A stretch of DNA of 63,319 bases, the filler included. It is 5 parts of 5 records of this genome, joined end to end, with 100 filler letters (N's around TTAATTAATTAA, not from the genome) between each part and the next. Parts side by side here need not be neighbours in the genome. Positions count along the whole stretch, not along the records: positions 27,925 to 44,120 come from SRR2962707_3279; 4 more parts are not named here. One strand, written 5' to 3'. The notes under the pieces were generated by a model that saw only the letters and a list, made by a program, of their open reading frames with translations, was not told the origin of the DNA and searched no databases. Both the position numbers and the translations under genes were made by a program. This document shows, one piece after another, positions 28,814-38,734 of this stretch (position 1 is the stretch's first letter; every line of letters begins with the position of its first letter).

Positions 28814-30787
28814 ATGGTTGAGATGTTACCACCGCCACCTGAAGGCGGGCTCAGGGATAAAGTAGGCCTCGATTCTTGGCTTAACAGCCTGCCGGAAAAT
28901 CTAATCAAGCCGGTGGCGCAGCTGATAGCCTGCCGGACTGCTTTGCGGGTGTTGCCCCTTATTCATTTGTCAAACAATGAGAATGAATTCGGAACCATCG
29001 AAGATCGACGACTTGTTTTATCGGCATTGCATACAGCATCTATTTCCTGGGCAGGACTCAGAAATCCCTCGAGAAAAATATACTTAGCCGCCGATTCGGC
29101 AACAGATTTCGCTCCTACCAATGGATATCAATCGACGGACTATGACAGTCTTAGCGACAAACCAGATGCGTTGTTGGGTGCGCTCTCTACAAGCACCGCT
29201 GCGCGAGCGGCTCAATTCGCAACACTTTCGGCTCATGCCGCCGCCTTATCACTTGGTGGTACCAGTAACGCATCCAGCCGCTCTGCTTGCATTTCCGTAA
29301 ATTCTGCCGCGATGTCAGTAGAATCCGCGGTGATTTTCGGTGCTATTTCAAAGAATATCATCTCTCACCACGAATCCTTAATATCTGCCGCCAGATCTAC
29401 AATTTGGGATGCTCTAAACAATGATGCTAGTTTTCTGATCTTGGGCACCAAACCGTTCGAACTTTCAGCGACAAGCCTTTGGCCCGGCGAAAGTCAACCC
29501 GGATGGTGGACCGAAGCAAAAGACAACTTCCAATATGAACTGACGCGCCTAGATCAGCAGTCAAAGCTCAAGAGCAATGAAACAGGCGGCTGGTCTGTCT
29601 GGGTCGAGTGGTATGACGCGATAGCCAAGGGCCAATCCCCATGGCAACTCGAAAAACGTATAGCACTTGGCGATAACCGCGGCGACGAATTTTGGGACCG
29701 CGAGCCAGAAGTAATCAATCGTGAAATTTTGGGGTGGATTGAAGAATTCCGAAGCGGCGCGAATCATTCTGAAGACACAACAGAAAGCGTTGATTTGACA
29801 CAGCGCCCATCTGCTTTCGTATTCAATGCGGATGAAAGCGGCATCTCAGCAAAACCCTTTCAGGAAACGTCTGAAATCGATCCTGTATTGTGCGACGCAC
29901 TGTGGGCTGAAATGCTGGAAAAGCTGAAAAATACCCGTGCTCGGCTGATGGCAACACAAGCGCCCCGCCACGTAGTCGAGAGTTTTGACCGTATCATCCG
30001 CGATTTCGGGGCAAAATTCAGCGATCTTTCGCCCGGTATCTTGCTCTCACGCAGCAGAACCATCGAATCCATCGCCGCGACATACGACTCTCCTGAAACG
30101 CGCAATGAAATGGCGGCAGATGCGCTGGTAATGGTGCAGGACACGGCCACTAGCCTTGCTGATCTTCGCGGCCTGTTTCCCAGCTTGGTAAAAATTGAAG
30201 CGGCCCGTGTTGCCCAAGAAATGGTCAGTTCTGATGCGCCAGCGATTATGCACAATTCCGCTAAAATTATCGACATTGCGCGCGAGTCCGAAATTGTAGA
30301 TCAGAGCGCTGTAGACGCCCTTGAAATGACCATTCCAGAATTTGAGGAATCCCAACGCCTAATCGAAATGGCAGCAAATGACATGGTCCGCGCAGCCGCC
30401 TTGGAAAAACGGGCAGAAATTGTTTCACTACATGTGCTTGATATTCGCAATTTCGGCTCCAGCGTTATCAGTGCCGCAAAGCTAAATAGCTTTCTCAGGG
30501 GAACAAAAAAAGTTAGCGAGAAGGTAGCCGGAGATTTTGGAAGTGACATTTACTCCGGCGTTCGCAGCGGCGTCAAAAAAGTATCCGAAGCAGCAGTTGT
30601 CGGTGGATATTCAGCTCTGGTCGCGACCCTTGTTGATCCCTTCTCTGGCTTGGCCACTTACATTCTTTCGATGCGCTCTCTAGGCACCAAAGCGAGCGAG
30701 ATCAAGCAAGAGCATGAAAACGCCAGCAAAGACCAGAACGTTGAGGCTAGTTCTGACGAGGACGGTAATGATCGGGTCGATGAGTAA
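28814..30787 (+). CDS. Large hypothetical protein (657 aa), lower GC than its flanks
   Basis: Long ORF with GGAGA RBS; RTALRVLP motif, Ala/Ser-rich tract, Trp-rich block (WSVWVEWYD), helical C-terminal half. Confidence 0.8.
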   Translation: MVEMLPPPPEGGLRDKVGLDSWLNSLPENLIKPVAQLIACRTALRVLPLIHLSNNENEFGTIEDRRLVLSALHTASISWAGLRNPSRKIYLAADSATDFAPTNGYQSTDYDSLSDKPDALLGALSTSTAARAAQFATLSAHAAALSLGGTSNASSRSACISVNSAAMSVESAVIFGAISKNIISHHESLISAARSTIWDALNNDASFLILGTKPFELSATSLWPGESQPGWWTEAKDNFQYELTRLDQQSKLKSNETGGWSVWVEWYDAIAKGQSPWQLEKRIALGDNRGDEFWDREPEVINREILGWIEEFRSGANHSEDTTESVDLTQRPSAFVFNADESGISAKPFQETSEIDPVLCDALWAEMLEKLKNTRARLMATQAPRHVVESFDRIIRDFGAKFSDLSPGILLSRSRTIESIAATYDSPETRNEMAADALVMVQDTATSLADLRGLFPSLVKIEAARVAQEMVSSDAPAIMHNSAKIIDIARESEIVDQSAVDALEMTIPEFEESQRLIEMAANDMVRAAALEKRAEIVSLHVLDIRNFGSSVISAAKLNSFLRGTKKVSEKVAGDFGSDIYSGVRSGVKKVSEAAVVGGYSALVATLVDPFSGLATYILSMRSLGTKASEIKQEHENASKDQNVEASSDEDGNDRVDE

Positions 30788-30843
30788 TGCACACTGTCAG
30801 ACCTCCACGAATGGGGAGTTTCGCCGAGTAGTCTCGGTGCTTT

Positions 30844-30993
30844 CCGTCATACCGGACCTCGATCCGGTATCCAGCGGGCGAGCGTCCGCGAGCCGGAAGA
30901 CCGTTTAACTTCCGGGAAATTATTGCTCTGTCAGGAGTCCCTCACCGCGCAGACGCGCGGTGGCTAGATCCCGGATCAGGCCCGGGATGACGG
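30844..30993. repeat. Alphaproteobacterial REP-type palindrome doublet
   Basis: CCGTCATACCGGACCTCGATCCGGTATCCAG (30844-30874) and inverted CTAGATCCCGGATCAGGCCCGGGATGACGG (30964-30993). Confidence 0.85.
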
Positions 30994-31146
30994 TGGCTGG
31001 GATTTTGCGCCACTCTCAGCTTGCCGCAGCTCCGCAAGAAACTCGTCCACATCCAGAGGCCCCGCTTCGCCCGACGCGAGGCCCGCGTCGATAGCGCGGC
31101 GGAGTTCGGCCAATCTTTCTTCGTTTGTCGGATTGGCCGAATTCAT
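30976..31146 (-). CDS. Small ParD-antitoxin C-terminal-like protein, or a remnant of one
   Basis: EERLAELRRAIDAGLASGEAGPLDVDEFLAE; starts 5 nt after the DAHP synthase stop; no RHH N-terminus. Confidence 0.6.
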   Translation of the reverse strand: MNSANPTNEERLAELRRAIDAGLASGEAGPLDVDEFLAELRQAESGAKSQPPSSRA

Positions 31147-31151
31147 CGCAT

Positions 31152-32525
31152 TTACCCGTTCACAACAGCCTTTTCCTCGTCCCGGCCGCCCTTCATGCGT
31201 TCGGCCACGAGGAAGGCGAGTTCCAGGGCCTGGTCGGCGTTGAGACGCGGATCGCAGTGGGTGTGGTAGCGGTCCTGCAGGTCTTCGCCCGAGAGCGCGC
31301 GGGCACCGCCGGTGCATTCGGTGACGTTCTTGCCGGTCATCTCGATGTGGATGCCGCCCGGGTGGGTGCCTTCGGCACGGTGGATCTGGAAGAAGGAATC
31401 CACTTCCGACAGGATCCGCTCGAACGGACGGGTCTTGTAGTTGTTGAGCGTGATCGTGTTGCCGTGCATCGGATCGCACGACCACACCACCTTGCGGCCT
31501 TCGCGCTCGACGGCGCGGATCAGCTTGGGAAGGTGATCGGCCACCTTGTCGTGACCGAAACGGGCGATCAGGGTCAACCGGCCGGCTTCGTTGGCCGGGT
31601 TGAGGACGTCAATCAGATTGAGCAATTCATCCGGCTCCAGCGACGGGCCGCATTTGAGACCGATCGGGTTCTTGATGCCGCGGGCATATTCGACATGGGC
31701 ATGGTCGGTCTGCCGTGTCCGGTCGCCGATCCAGATCATGTGGCCCGACGTGGCGTAGAAATCGCCCGAGGTGGAATCGTTGCGGGTCATGGCTTCTTCA
31801 TAGCCAAGCAGCAAGGCTTCGTGGCTGGTGAAGAAATCGGTCTCGCGCAGATTGGAGTGGTTGTCGGCGGTAATACCGATCGCCTTCATGAAATCCATGG
31901 TCTCGGAAATCCGGTCGGCGAGCTTGCGGTAGCGCTCGGCCTGGGGTGAGTCCTTGACGAAGCCGAGCATCCACTGGTGCACATTGTCGAGATTGGCGTA
32001 ACCGCCCTGCGCGAACGCACGCAGCAGGTTGAGCGTTGCCGCCGACTGCCGGTAGGCCATGATCTGGCGTTCCGGATCGGGAATGCGCGACTTCTCGTTG
32101 AACTCGATGCCGTTGATGATGTCACCACGGTAGCTCGGAAGCTCGATGCCGTCCTTCTTCTCGATGTTGGACGAGCGCGGCTTGGCGAACTGACCGGCAA
32201 TACGGCCGATCTTGACCACCGGCTGCTGTGCGCCAAAGGTCAGAACCACGGCCATCTGCAGGAACACGCGGAAGAAATCGCGGATGTTGTCGGCTTCGTG
32301 CTCGGCGAAGCTCTCGGCGCAATCGCCACCCTGAAGCAGAAAGCCCCTGCCTTCGGCGACTTCGGCAAGCGCCGAGGTCAGCCGGCGGGCCTCACCCGCA
32401 AACACCAGGGGGGGAAACTTGGCCAGCCGGGCCTCGGTCACTTTCAGTGCCTCTGCATCCGGATAATCCGGGACCTGCTGGATCGGTTTGTTGCGCCAGC
32501 TTGATGGGGTCCAGTTCTGTGCCAT
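31152..32525 (-). CDS. Class II DAHP synthase
   Basis: [41 protein letters not shown]. Confidence 0.97.
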   Translation of the reverse strand: MAQNWTPSSWRNKPIQQVPDYPDAEALKVTEARLAKFPPLVFAGEARRLTSALAEVAEGRGFLLQGGDCAESFAEHEADNIRDFFRVFLQMAVVLTFGAQQPVVKIGRIAGQFAKPRSSNIEKKDGIELPSYRGDIINGIEFNEKSRIPDPERQIMAYRQSAATLNLLRAFAQGGYANLDNVHQWMLGFVKDSPQAERYRKLADRISETMDFMKAIGITADNHSNLRETDFFTSHEALLLGYEEAMTRNDSTSGDFYATSGHMIWIGDRTRQTDHAHVEYARGIKNPIGLKCGPSLEPDELLNLIDVLNPANEAGRLTLIARFGHDKVADHLPKLIRAVEREGRKVVWSCDPMHGNTITLNNYKTRPFERILSEVDSFFQIHRAEGTHPGGIHIEMTGKNVTECTGGARALSGEDLQDRYHTHCDPRLNADQALELAFLVAERMKGGRDEEKAVVNG

Positions 32526-32665
32526 GTCGTTCACCGTGGTTGTCGGGCTCATGCCCGGCTGTTTTGCGGGCAACATGCCCGCGGATCGATCAATTTCACC
32601 GGGCTTATAGCGGGAGATTGAGCGGCTGCAAACCCGGCAATGCGAATCAAACCTGCCCTGATGGC

Positions 32666-33391
32666 TCAGACAGAGGCGCCGCGGCCAAGCACAACATCAA
32701 ACAGCTCCACTTCTTCAGGCGACAGAGAGACCGCGCGCGGGTAGAGCGGCTGAGCCCGGTCCTCGTGGATCGGGGTGTGAAACGCATCGGTCTCCAGGAC
32801 GAACCGGTGCAGGCCATCCGGCCCGAATTCGCGCAAAAACCCCTGCATCACTGCATCGAGATAGGACCTGAGGATCGGCGCCGGGCCATCAGCCGCCGGA
32901 TGCTCGACCCGTGCCTCATAGACATGCAGGGTGATGTCCGCGCCAAGTCCGTGGCCGGGGTCGGTGAACTCCAGATCGGCAAGCACGATGTCGCGGCGGT
33001 GATAGCGAAACTCGCGGGTATCGACCCCGGCAAGATTGACGGCGAAATCGATCACCAGCAGCCCGTCGATGGAGGCGCCCTCGGCCCGATGCGCCGTGAG
33101 CAGCGACGGCGCGATACCGTCAGGCAGCGTGACACCCGGTGTAGCGCCCATATCAGGTCTGGGCCGCCATGTGCGGCGCCAGCCTTTCAACCGCGCCCGG
33201 TGGGCTTCGACATGGCCGGTGGTCAAAGTGGCGCGGTTGACCAGCGAGCCATAGCCGAAATAGCCGACAAGCTCTCCCGGCCCGTAACGCACCGCTTCAT
33301 CGCAGGCTGCGGCCTGCAACGGCACGGCACTGCCGGGCTCGTTCACAGCCATTCCGGCAAGCACTGGCATCTCGATCTTGGACATCATCAC
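32666..33391 (-). CDS. Gamma-glutamylcyclotransferase-like protein
   Basis: YFGYGSLVN motif, D.RE..Y; start uncertain. Confidence 0.75.
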   Translation of the reverse strand: MMMSKIEMPVLAGMAVNEPGSAVPLQAAACDEAVRYGPGELVGYFGYGSLVNRATLTTGHVEAHRARLKGWRRTWRPRPDMGATPGVTLPDGIAPSLLTAHRAEGASIDGLLVIDFAVNLAGVDTREFRYHRRDIVLADLEFTDPGHGLGADITLHVYEARVEHPAADGPAPILRSYLDAVMQGFLREFGPDGLHRFVLETDAFHTPIHEDRAQPLYPRAVSLSPEEVELFDVVLGRGASV

Positions 33392-33452
33392 CTCACCTTC
33401 CTACATTAAGAGATAGTGAGCGAACACGAAACCGCCAAACCGGGACAGACCC

Positions 33453-34823
33453 ATGACCTCCATATCAGACCGCATTGCAGCCCTTCGGGCCAGTTTCGAC
33501 AGCCGGAAAACCCGGCCTGAGAAATGGCGGCGCGAGCAGCTCTACCGGCTGATGACCATGATCGAGGAAAACGAGAGCGCCATTGAAGAGGCGCTGCGCG
33601 CTGATCTGGGAAAATCAGGCTTTGAAGCGCGCATGACCGAGACCGGCACGGTGCTGTCGGAGATCGAGCACACGCTGTCAAAGCTAAAAGGCTGGATGCG
33701 GCCCAAAAAGGTTTCCACTCCCTTGTCGAACCAGCCCGGCCGCAGCAAGGTGGTTCATGAGCCGCTGGGCGTGGTGCTGATCGTGGCGCCGTGGAATTAT
33801 CCGGTCAATCTGACGCTGATGCCGCTGATCGGAGCAATTGCTGCCGGCAACTGCGCCGCGATCAAGCCCTCGGAAGTCTCCGCCCGGACCTCCGAGCTGC
33901 TTGCCCGGCTGATCCCCGCCTATCTCGACACCGATGCGTTCGAAGTATTCGAAGGCGGCGCCGACATCTCGACCGAACTGCTCGAACAGCGCTTCGATCA
34001 CATCTTCTTCACCGGCAGCGAAGGCATCGGCCGCATCGTGATGACGGCGGCGGCAAAGCACCTGACCCCGGTGACGCTGGAACTGGGGGGCAAAAGCCCC
34101 TGCATCATCGCCGCCGACAGCGATCTGGCGCTTGCCGCCCGGCGGGTGGCCTGGGGCAAGTTCCTCAATGCCGGACAGACCTGCATCGCGCCGGATTACG
34201 TGATGGTTGACGAAACCGTAGCACACGAGTTCATCAAGGAGATGAAAACAGCGATCACGGCGTTTTTCGGTACCGATCCGAAGGCGAGCCCGGATTATCC
34301 GCGACTGATCAACCAGCGCCATTTCGACCGCTTCGCGGAGCTGATGAGCGGCGGAACCATTGTCACAGGTGGCGAGACAGACCGCGAGACCAGGTATATT
34401 GCCCCGACGATATTGACCGATGTGAACCCCGACGCAGCGGTGATGCGCGAGGAGATCTTCGGCCCGGTGCTGCCGGTCATGACCTATGCGGCGCTCGATG
34501 ACGCGATCCATTTCATCACCTCACGGCCCAAGCCGCTGGCGCTCTATGTCTTTGCCAAATCCGGCGACATCCAGGATGAGGTGATCGCCCGGACCAGCTC
34601 CGGCGGCGCCTGCATCAACGATGTGGTGATGCATCTGGCTGTTCCCGACCTGCCCTTCGGCGGCGTCGGCACCAGCGGAATGGGCGCCTATCACGGCCGC
34701 GCCTCCTTCGACACATTCAGCCATGCCAGGGCGGTGTTGACCAAGAGCGAGCATCTTGACGTTCCGCTGCGCTATCCGCCCTATTCGGCCACCAAGTTGC
34801 GCTGGCTCAAACGGTTTCAATAA
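33453..34823 (+). CDS. Aldehyde dehydrogenase (ALDH3/CalB-like)
   Basis: PWNYP, FTGS, LELGGKSP, NAGQTCIAPDY, EEIFGP. Confidence 0.96.
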   Translation: MTSISDRIAALRASFDSRKTRPEKWRREQLYRLMTMIEENESAIEEALRADLGKSGFEARMTETGTVLSEIEHTLSKLKGWMRPKKVSTPLSNQPGRSKVVHEPLGVVLIVAPWNYPVNLTLMPLIGAIAAGNCAAIKPSEVSARTSELLARLIPAYLDTDAFEVFEGGADISTELLEQRFDHIFFTGSEGIGRIVMTAAAKHLTPVTLELGGKSPCIIAADSDLALAARRVAWGKFLNAGQTCIAPDYVMVDETVAHEFIKEMKTAITAFFGTDPKASPDYPRLINQRHFDRFAELMSGGTIVTGGETDRETRYIAPTILTDVNPDAAVMREEIFGPVLPVMTYAALDDAIHFITSRPKPLALYVFAKSGDIQDEVIARTSSGGACINDVVMHLAVPDLPFGGVGTSGMGAYHGRASFDTFSHARAVLTKSEHLDVPLRYPPYSATKLRWLKRFQ

Positions 34824-34935
34824 CCCGGGCAGCGTTCCTAATGCGTTTTGCGGCCCACATTTTGATGCATATCAAGGCGAAACATTGCACCAGCACTATG
34901 AATGGAACATAGAACCGATCAGCGGAGAGCATTCC

Positions 34936-35559
34936 ATGTCCCAGTCATCCTATTCCAACACCACCGAAGCCGTCGGCATTTTTCACACATCCAGCGATCT
35001 GCAGGCGGCGATCGACGACCTGCTGACCCAGGGTTTCGACCGCATGGATCTGAGCATTCTGGCCTCGGAGAAAGCCATCGAGGACAAGCTGCATGAGGCT
35101 TATGTCCCGGCCCGCGATCTCGAGGACCGCGTCGAGGTTCCCACCACTGCCTTCGTCTCCACCGAATCCATCGGTGACGCCATGGGCGCCGTCATCGGCG
35201 TTCTGGTCTATGTGCCGGCGATGATCGGTGCTGCAGCCGTCGTCGCCTCCGGCGGCGCGCTGGCCGCTGCCGTCACCGCCGCGCTGATTGCAGGTGGTGT
35301 CGGCGGATCGATCGGCACCGTCATGGCTGGCCTGATCGGCACCGCCCAGGCACAGGAGATCGAAAATCACCTGCTGGCTGGCGGCCTTCTGCTCTGGGTC
35401 CGCACCCGGGACAAGAGCCACGAGGAACGCGCACTTGGCATCCTCAAGGGCCACAATGCCGACGGCGTTCACCTGCACACCCTGCCCTCGCTGGTTGGCA
35501 GCGGCACCTCCAAGCCGACGGAAGATGTTGTGGACGTGACCAGCGCAAGTTCCGAATGA
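34936..35559 (+). CDS. Hypothetical membrane protein (general-stress-protein-like, Gly/Ala-rich TM hairpin)
   Basis: AVGIF...LQAAIDDL..QGF, hydrophobic core, GGLLLWV. Confidence 0.75.
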   Translation: MSQSSYSNTTEAVGIFHTSSDLQAAIDDLLTQGFDRMDLSILASEKAIEDKLHEAYVPARDLEDRVEVPTTAFVSTESIGDAMGAVIGVLVYVPAMIGAAAVVASGGALAAAVTAALIAGGVGGSIGTVMAGLIGTAQAQEIENHLLAGGLLLWVRTRDKSHEERALGILKGHNADGVHLHTLPSLVGSGTSKPTEDVVDVTSASSE

Positions 35560-35586
35560 GACAGACCAGTACTGCACGGAAACAAG

Positions 35587-36027
35587 ATGACAGACCCGAT
35601 CCATATCACCTGCCCCGCCTGCCAGGCCAAGAACCGGATACCGGCGGCCAAGCTCGCGGCCAAACCCACCTGCGGCGCCTGCAAGGCGCCGCTGTTTGCC
35701 GATGCCCCGTTCGAGCTTGACGAGGCAAAGCTCAACAAGCACCTGAAGAACGACGACATTCCGTTGCTGGTCGACTTCTGGGCGCCCTGGTGCGGCCCGT
35801 GCCGGATGATGGCGCCGATGTTCGCCGAGGCCTCAAAGCAGATGTCGCCGCAGGTGCGCTTTGCCAAACTCGACACCGAACAGAACCAGGCTGTCGGAAA
35901 CCGTTTCCAGATCCGCGGCATTCCGCTGATCATCCTGTTTGACAAGGGCAAGGAAGTGGCGCGCCAGGCCGGCGCCATGGATGCCCGCGGCATTGTCAGC
36001 TGGGTGCGCCAGCATGTGAAGGCCTAG
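35587..36027 (+). CDS. trxC: Thioredoxin 2
   Basis: Two N-terminal CxxC zinc motifs plus WCGPC. Confidence 0.95.
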   Translation: MTDPIHITCPACQAKNRIPAAKLAAKPTCGACKAPLFADAPFELDEAKLNKHLKNDDIPLLVDFWAPWCGPCRMMAPMFAEASKQMSPQVRFAKLDTEQNQAVGNRFQIRGIPLIILFDKGKEVARQAGAMDARGIVSWVRQHVKA

Positions 36028-36302
36028 CTTCAGGATCATCCCGAAGCCGTCTAGCGAGGGGCGTGAAGGCTCTTTTGGCAGAGCCGCGGCTGGCAAGTTG
36101 CGGCGGCAAATGCGACCCATTGCCTGTGGTTGATGAAGCCAGCCCGCGCCGTTCCAAGCGGTGTGCATCATCTTGTTCAACTCATCGACGAGCGTTTGCT
36201 GAATGCGCTATCGCGGCCTTTGGCATTGACCCAACGGATTTCCGTCCAGGCAGATGATCCTCTCGGAGACATGAAAGTGTGCCGTCTTCATCGGCATCTC
36301 AT

Positions 36303-37103
36303 CTAACCCTTGAATTCTGTCTGCAACCCCGGCCGCGACCCCAATCCCATTGACGCATCCAGAACTGCGCCATGCATGACGCGCGACGCAGGCGTCGCCA
36401 GAAAATGCACCACGGCGGCGATGTCAGCCGGTTCGATCAGGCGGCTCTTGGGCAGGTTGGCGCAAAACCTTGCGCGTTCCTCAGGAGTAAGCTTGTTCAG
36501 CGTGCTGGCCTGGAACATCGGCGTGTCGGTCGCCCCCGGACAGATCGCAAAGACATCGACATCCTTGTGCGTGGTCTCGGCCGCCAATTGACGGGTCAAG
36601 AAGGCCACGGCTGCCTTGCTCATGCCATCGGACAGCCGGAACCCCGGAAATGCGGTAATGCCGCCCCCGACAGAGCTGATGTTGATCAGCTTGCGGTTTG
36701 TGCCTTCTGGCAGCGACAGGAATTCCTGGCACATTTTCAGCGTGCCATCTGCATTGATGGTCATCATCAAGCTGTCCTGTTCGGCAGCGTCATCAGACAA
36801 GGCGGCGACTGTGGCCGAGCCGACCGCGGCATTGTTCAACAGAATATCAATTCTACCGTGTTCAGCGATCACGCTGGCAAAGCACCGGCGGATTGATGCG
36901 TGGCTGCGCAGATCAAGCGGGTGGGCCGTCACATTCAACGGCCCAAAACTGTCCAGCGCCACTGCGCGGTCTTCGACGTTTTCCACATAGGTGAAGGCAA
37001 CCGTTGCGCCATATTGTGCCAAACGTTCCACACAGGCTCGCCCAATGCCGCCCGTGCCGCCGGTCACAAGAACAATCCGGCCGCTCAGATCGAAAGGCGC
37101 CAT
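36303..37103 (-). CDS. SDR family oxidoreductase (atypical active site)
   Basis: TGGTGGIG, NNAA, NISS, CPG.TDT; the YxxxK position reads DGMSK. Confidence 0.88.
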   Translation of the reverse strand: MAPFDLSGRIVLVTGGTGGIGRACVERLAQYGATVAFTYVENVEDRAVALDSFGPLNVTAHPLDLRSHASIRRCFASVIAEHGRIDILLNNAAVGSATVAALSDDAAEQDSLMMTINADGTLKMCQEFLSLPEGTNRKLINISSVGGGITAFPGFRLSDGMSKAAVAFLTRQLAAETTHKDVDVFAICPGATDTPMFQASTLNKLTPEERARFCANLPKSRLIEPADIAAVVHFLATPASRVMHGAVLDASMGLGSRPGLQTEFKG

Positions 37104-37394
37104 CAGGTCAGCAAGTGTCACTCGAAAATTCCTTTTGGTCTTCTGGGATAACGCCACGCGGCGCGAACCGCGCTTATGCGCTTTATGGCACTAAATTCGG
37201 AGCAGGCAAAAAACTATGCGGGCCGTGCCAGCAGAATATGGTTCACCATTTTGTCGCAAGATCCTGTCTTGTGGAAAAGTGTGCCCCAGTCGAGATATCG
37301 AAGTCAGCGCCTGAATAGATGATGCCAGATGTTGATCTGGAAGCGGAAGCCTGCTGCGCGCCCCTCAAGCCGACCCTTCGAGCTTGCGGCCTCT

Positions 37395-37532
37395 TTCCGT
37401 AAAAGCAGCCGTTCGTCCCAATTTGTCCGCAAGCGCAGAAATGGCCGAAAGCACCAATGGGTTTTTGGTCAGTCTGGGCGGGGAGCTGACATTCGCTGTC
37501 GCTCAATAGAAGGGCTAGTGTGTCCGCTTTCG
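37395..37532. repeat. Degenerate intergenic repeat element, copy A
   Basis: GGCCGAAAGCACCAA at 37443-37457 is identical to 39578-39592, with similarity continuing about 70 nt; inverted CGAACGGCTGC nearby. Confidence 0.65.
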
Positions 37533-37539
37533 TCGTCCG

Positions 37540-37571
37540 ACTGTCGCAAAAACGATCCCTTTTGCAACAGT
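37540..37571. repeat. Short inverted repeat resembling abutted IS terminal repeats (scar) or a hairpin
   Basis: ACTGTCGCAAAA-N8-TTTTGCAACAGT, 11/12 complementary. Confidence 0.45.
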
Positions 37572-37652
37572 TACAGAGAGTCAATTATGCGACAATGAAC
37601 AGCAACTGGTTGTGTCGCTGAGTTAGCCACGTCCCCCCCGAATTCAGCGGCG

Positions 37653-38414
37653 TTAGCGTTGCGGATAATTTCCACCGTTGTTGATGCACCATGTCGTGCC
37701 GGGCGTGGCTGAGGCGAGGTCAGGCACGTTAAAGCTGCCTGTACCGTCCCCTCGACTATTGCCGCCATATCTGTTGCCCAAAAGCGACCAAAGTTTTTGG
37801 TTTTCCAACGCAATCAAGGCACTGCCATCCGCGAGAACAGCCGATGGCGTCAAACAGCCATCCCCCGAACCCAATTGCATTTCGCCACTGTAAGAATCTG
37901 AGTCGTCACCGGCATATCCGTTCTCCAATGCTTTGCACCATATAATGCTGTTTTGATGCGGAAGGGCTGCGTCGGTTTGGACTTCCCAGCCCGAGGGACA
38001 ATAGTCAGAAACGAAAGCAACGATTTCACCAGGCCTTCTTCCATCGGGTCGCCCGCCGCCATCAGGTTTGGCAGGATAAACGCCATTAGTGATGACGCAC
38101 CACCGCATCGAGCCACTTTCACGAAGATCGGGCAAAAGAGATTCGACAACACCACCACCGTAATCAGCGCGGCCGAACCTTCCTCCAATGAGATTTTCGA
38201 GGAAATCATTTTGTACAGGTTGACCATTGGCTTCAACTGTGTCCCGTCGGCAATAATCTGCCGCTGTCAAGACAATCGTGCCTGCCCATTCTTCTGCCTG
38301 TGATTCAGACAGTGCAAATCCGGCAAGGCCGGACCCGGTTACCAGTGACGCAATAACCAGAATGCCCAGCCCGCGCGCCAGTTTGCCTAACCGTCCTGAA
38401 TAAAAAATGTACAT
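37653..38414 (-). CDS. Secreted protein with phage tail-collar-like repeats
   Basis: Signal-peptide-like N-terminus; DGS......NQKLWSLLGNRYGG...G..SFNVPDL collar motif plus two degenerate copies. Confidence 0.75.
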   Translation of the reverse strand: MYIFYSGRLGKLARGLGILVIASLVTGSGLAGFALSESQAEEWAGTIVLTAADYCRRDTVEANGQPVQNDFLENLIGGRFGRADYGGGVVESLLPDLRESGSMRWCVITNGVYPAKPDGGGRPDGRRPGEIVAFVSDYCPSGWEVQTDAALPHQNSIIWCKALENGYAGDDSDSYSGEMQLGSGDGCLTPSAVLADGSALIALENQKLWSLLGNRYGGNSRGDGTGSFNVPDLASATPGTTWCINNGGNYPQR

Positions 38415-38734
38415 GATAAATGTCTTTTCGCATGGTTGCAGAAGTCTCCAGGCAAGCCAGTTTAACCCGGGAAATAGGAAAGAACGCTAACAGAGATGCC
38501 GAATCTTAGCGACCTCGATCCTTCACGCGTACAGACTAAAAACCGGGATTTTGCCCCTCAATATTGCGGCAAGGTTTTGCGACACCAAAGCCGTTGAAAT
38601 AGCCGGGCGCGGAAAACCGTTGCAAAATCCGCAAAACGGAATTGGATATCCAGACATCCAAATTAGTGCTAGCACCGGTTCAGGCACGCCAGTTTTGGTA
38701 GAGCTGGGGATTACCCACAAAGGGATTTGCTTTC

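Noticed and set aside
37653-38414. Prophage suggested by the tail-collar motif
   Set aside because: No other phage structural, packaging, lysis or integrase genes in the contig, and the protein has a signal peptide
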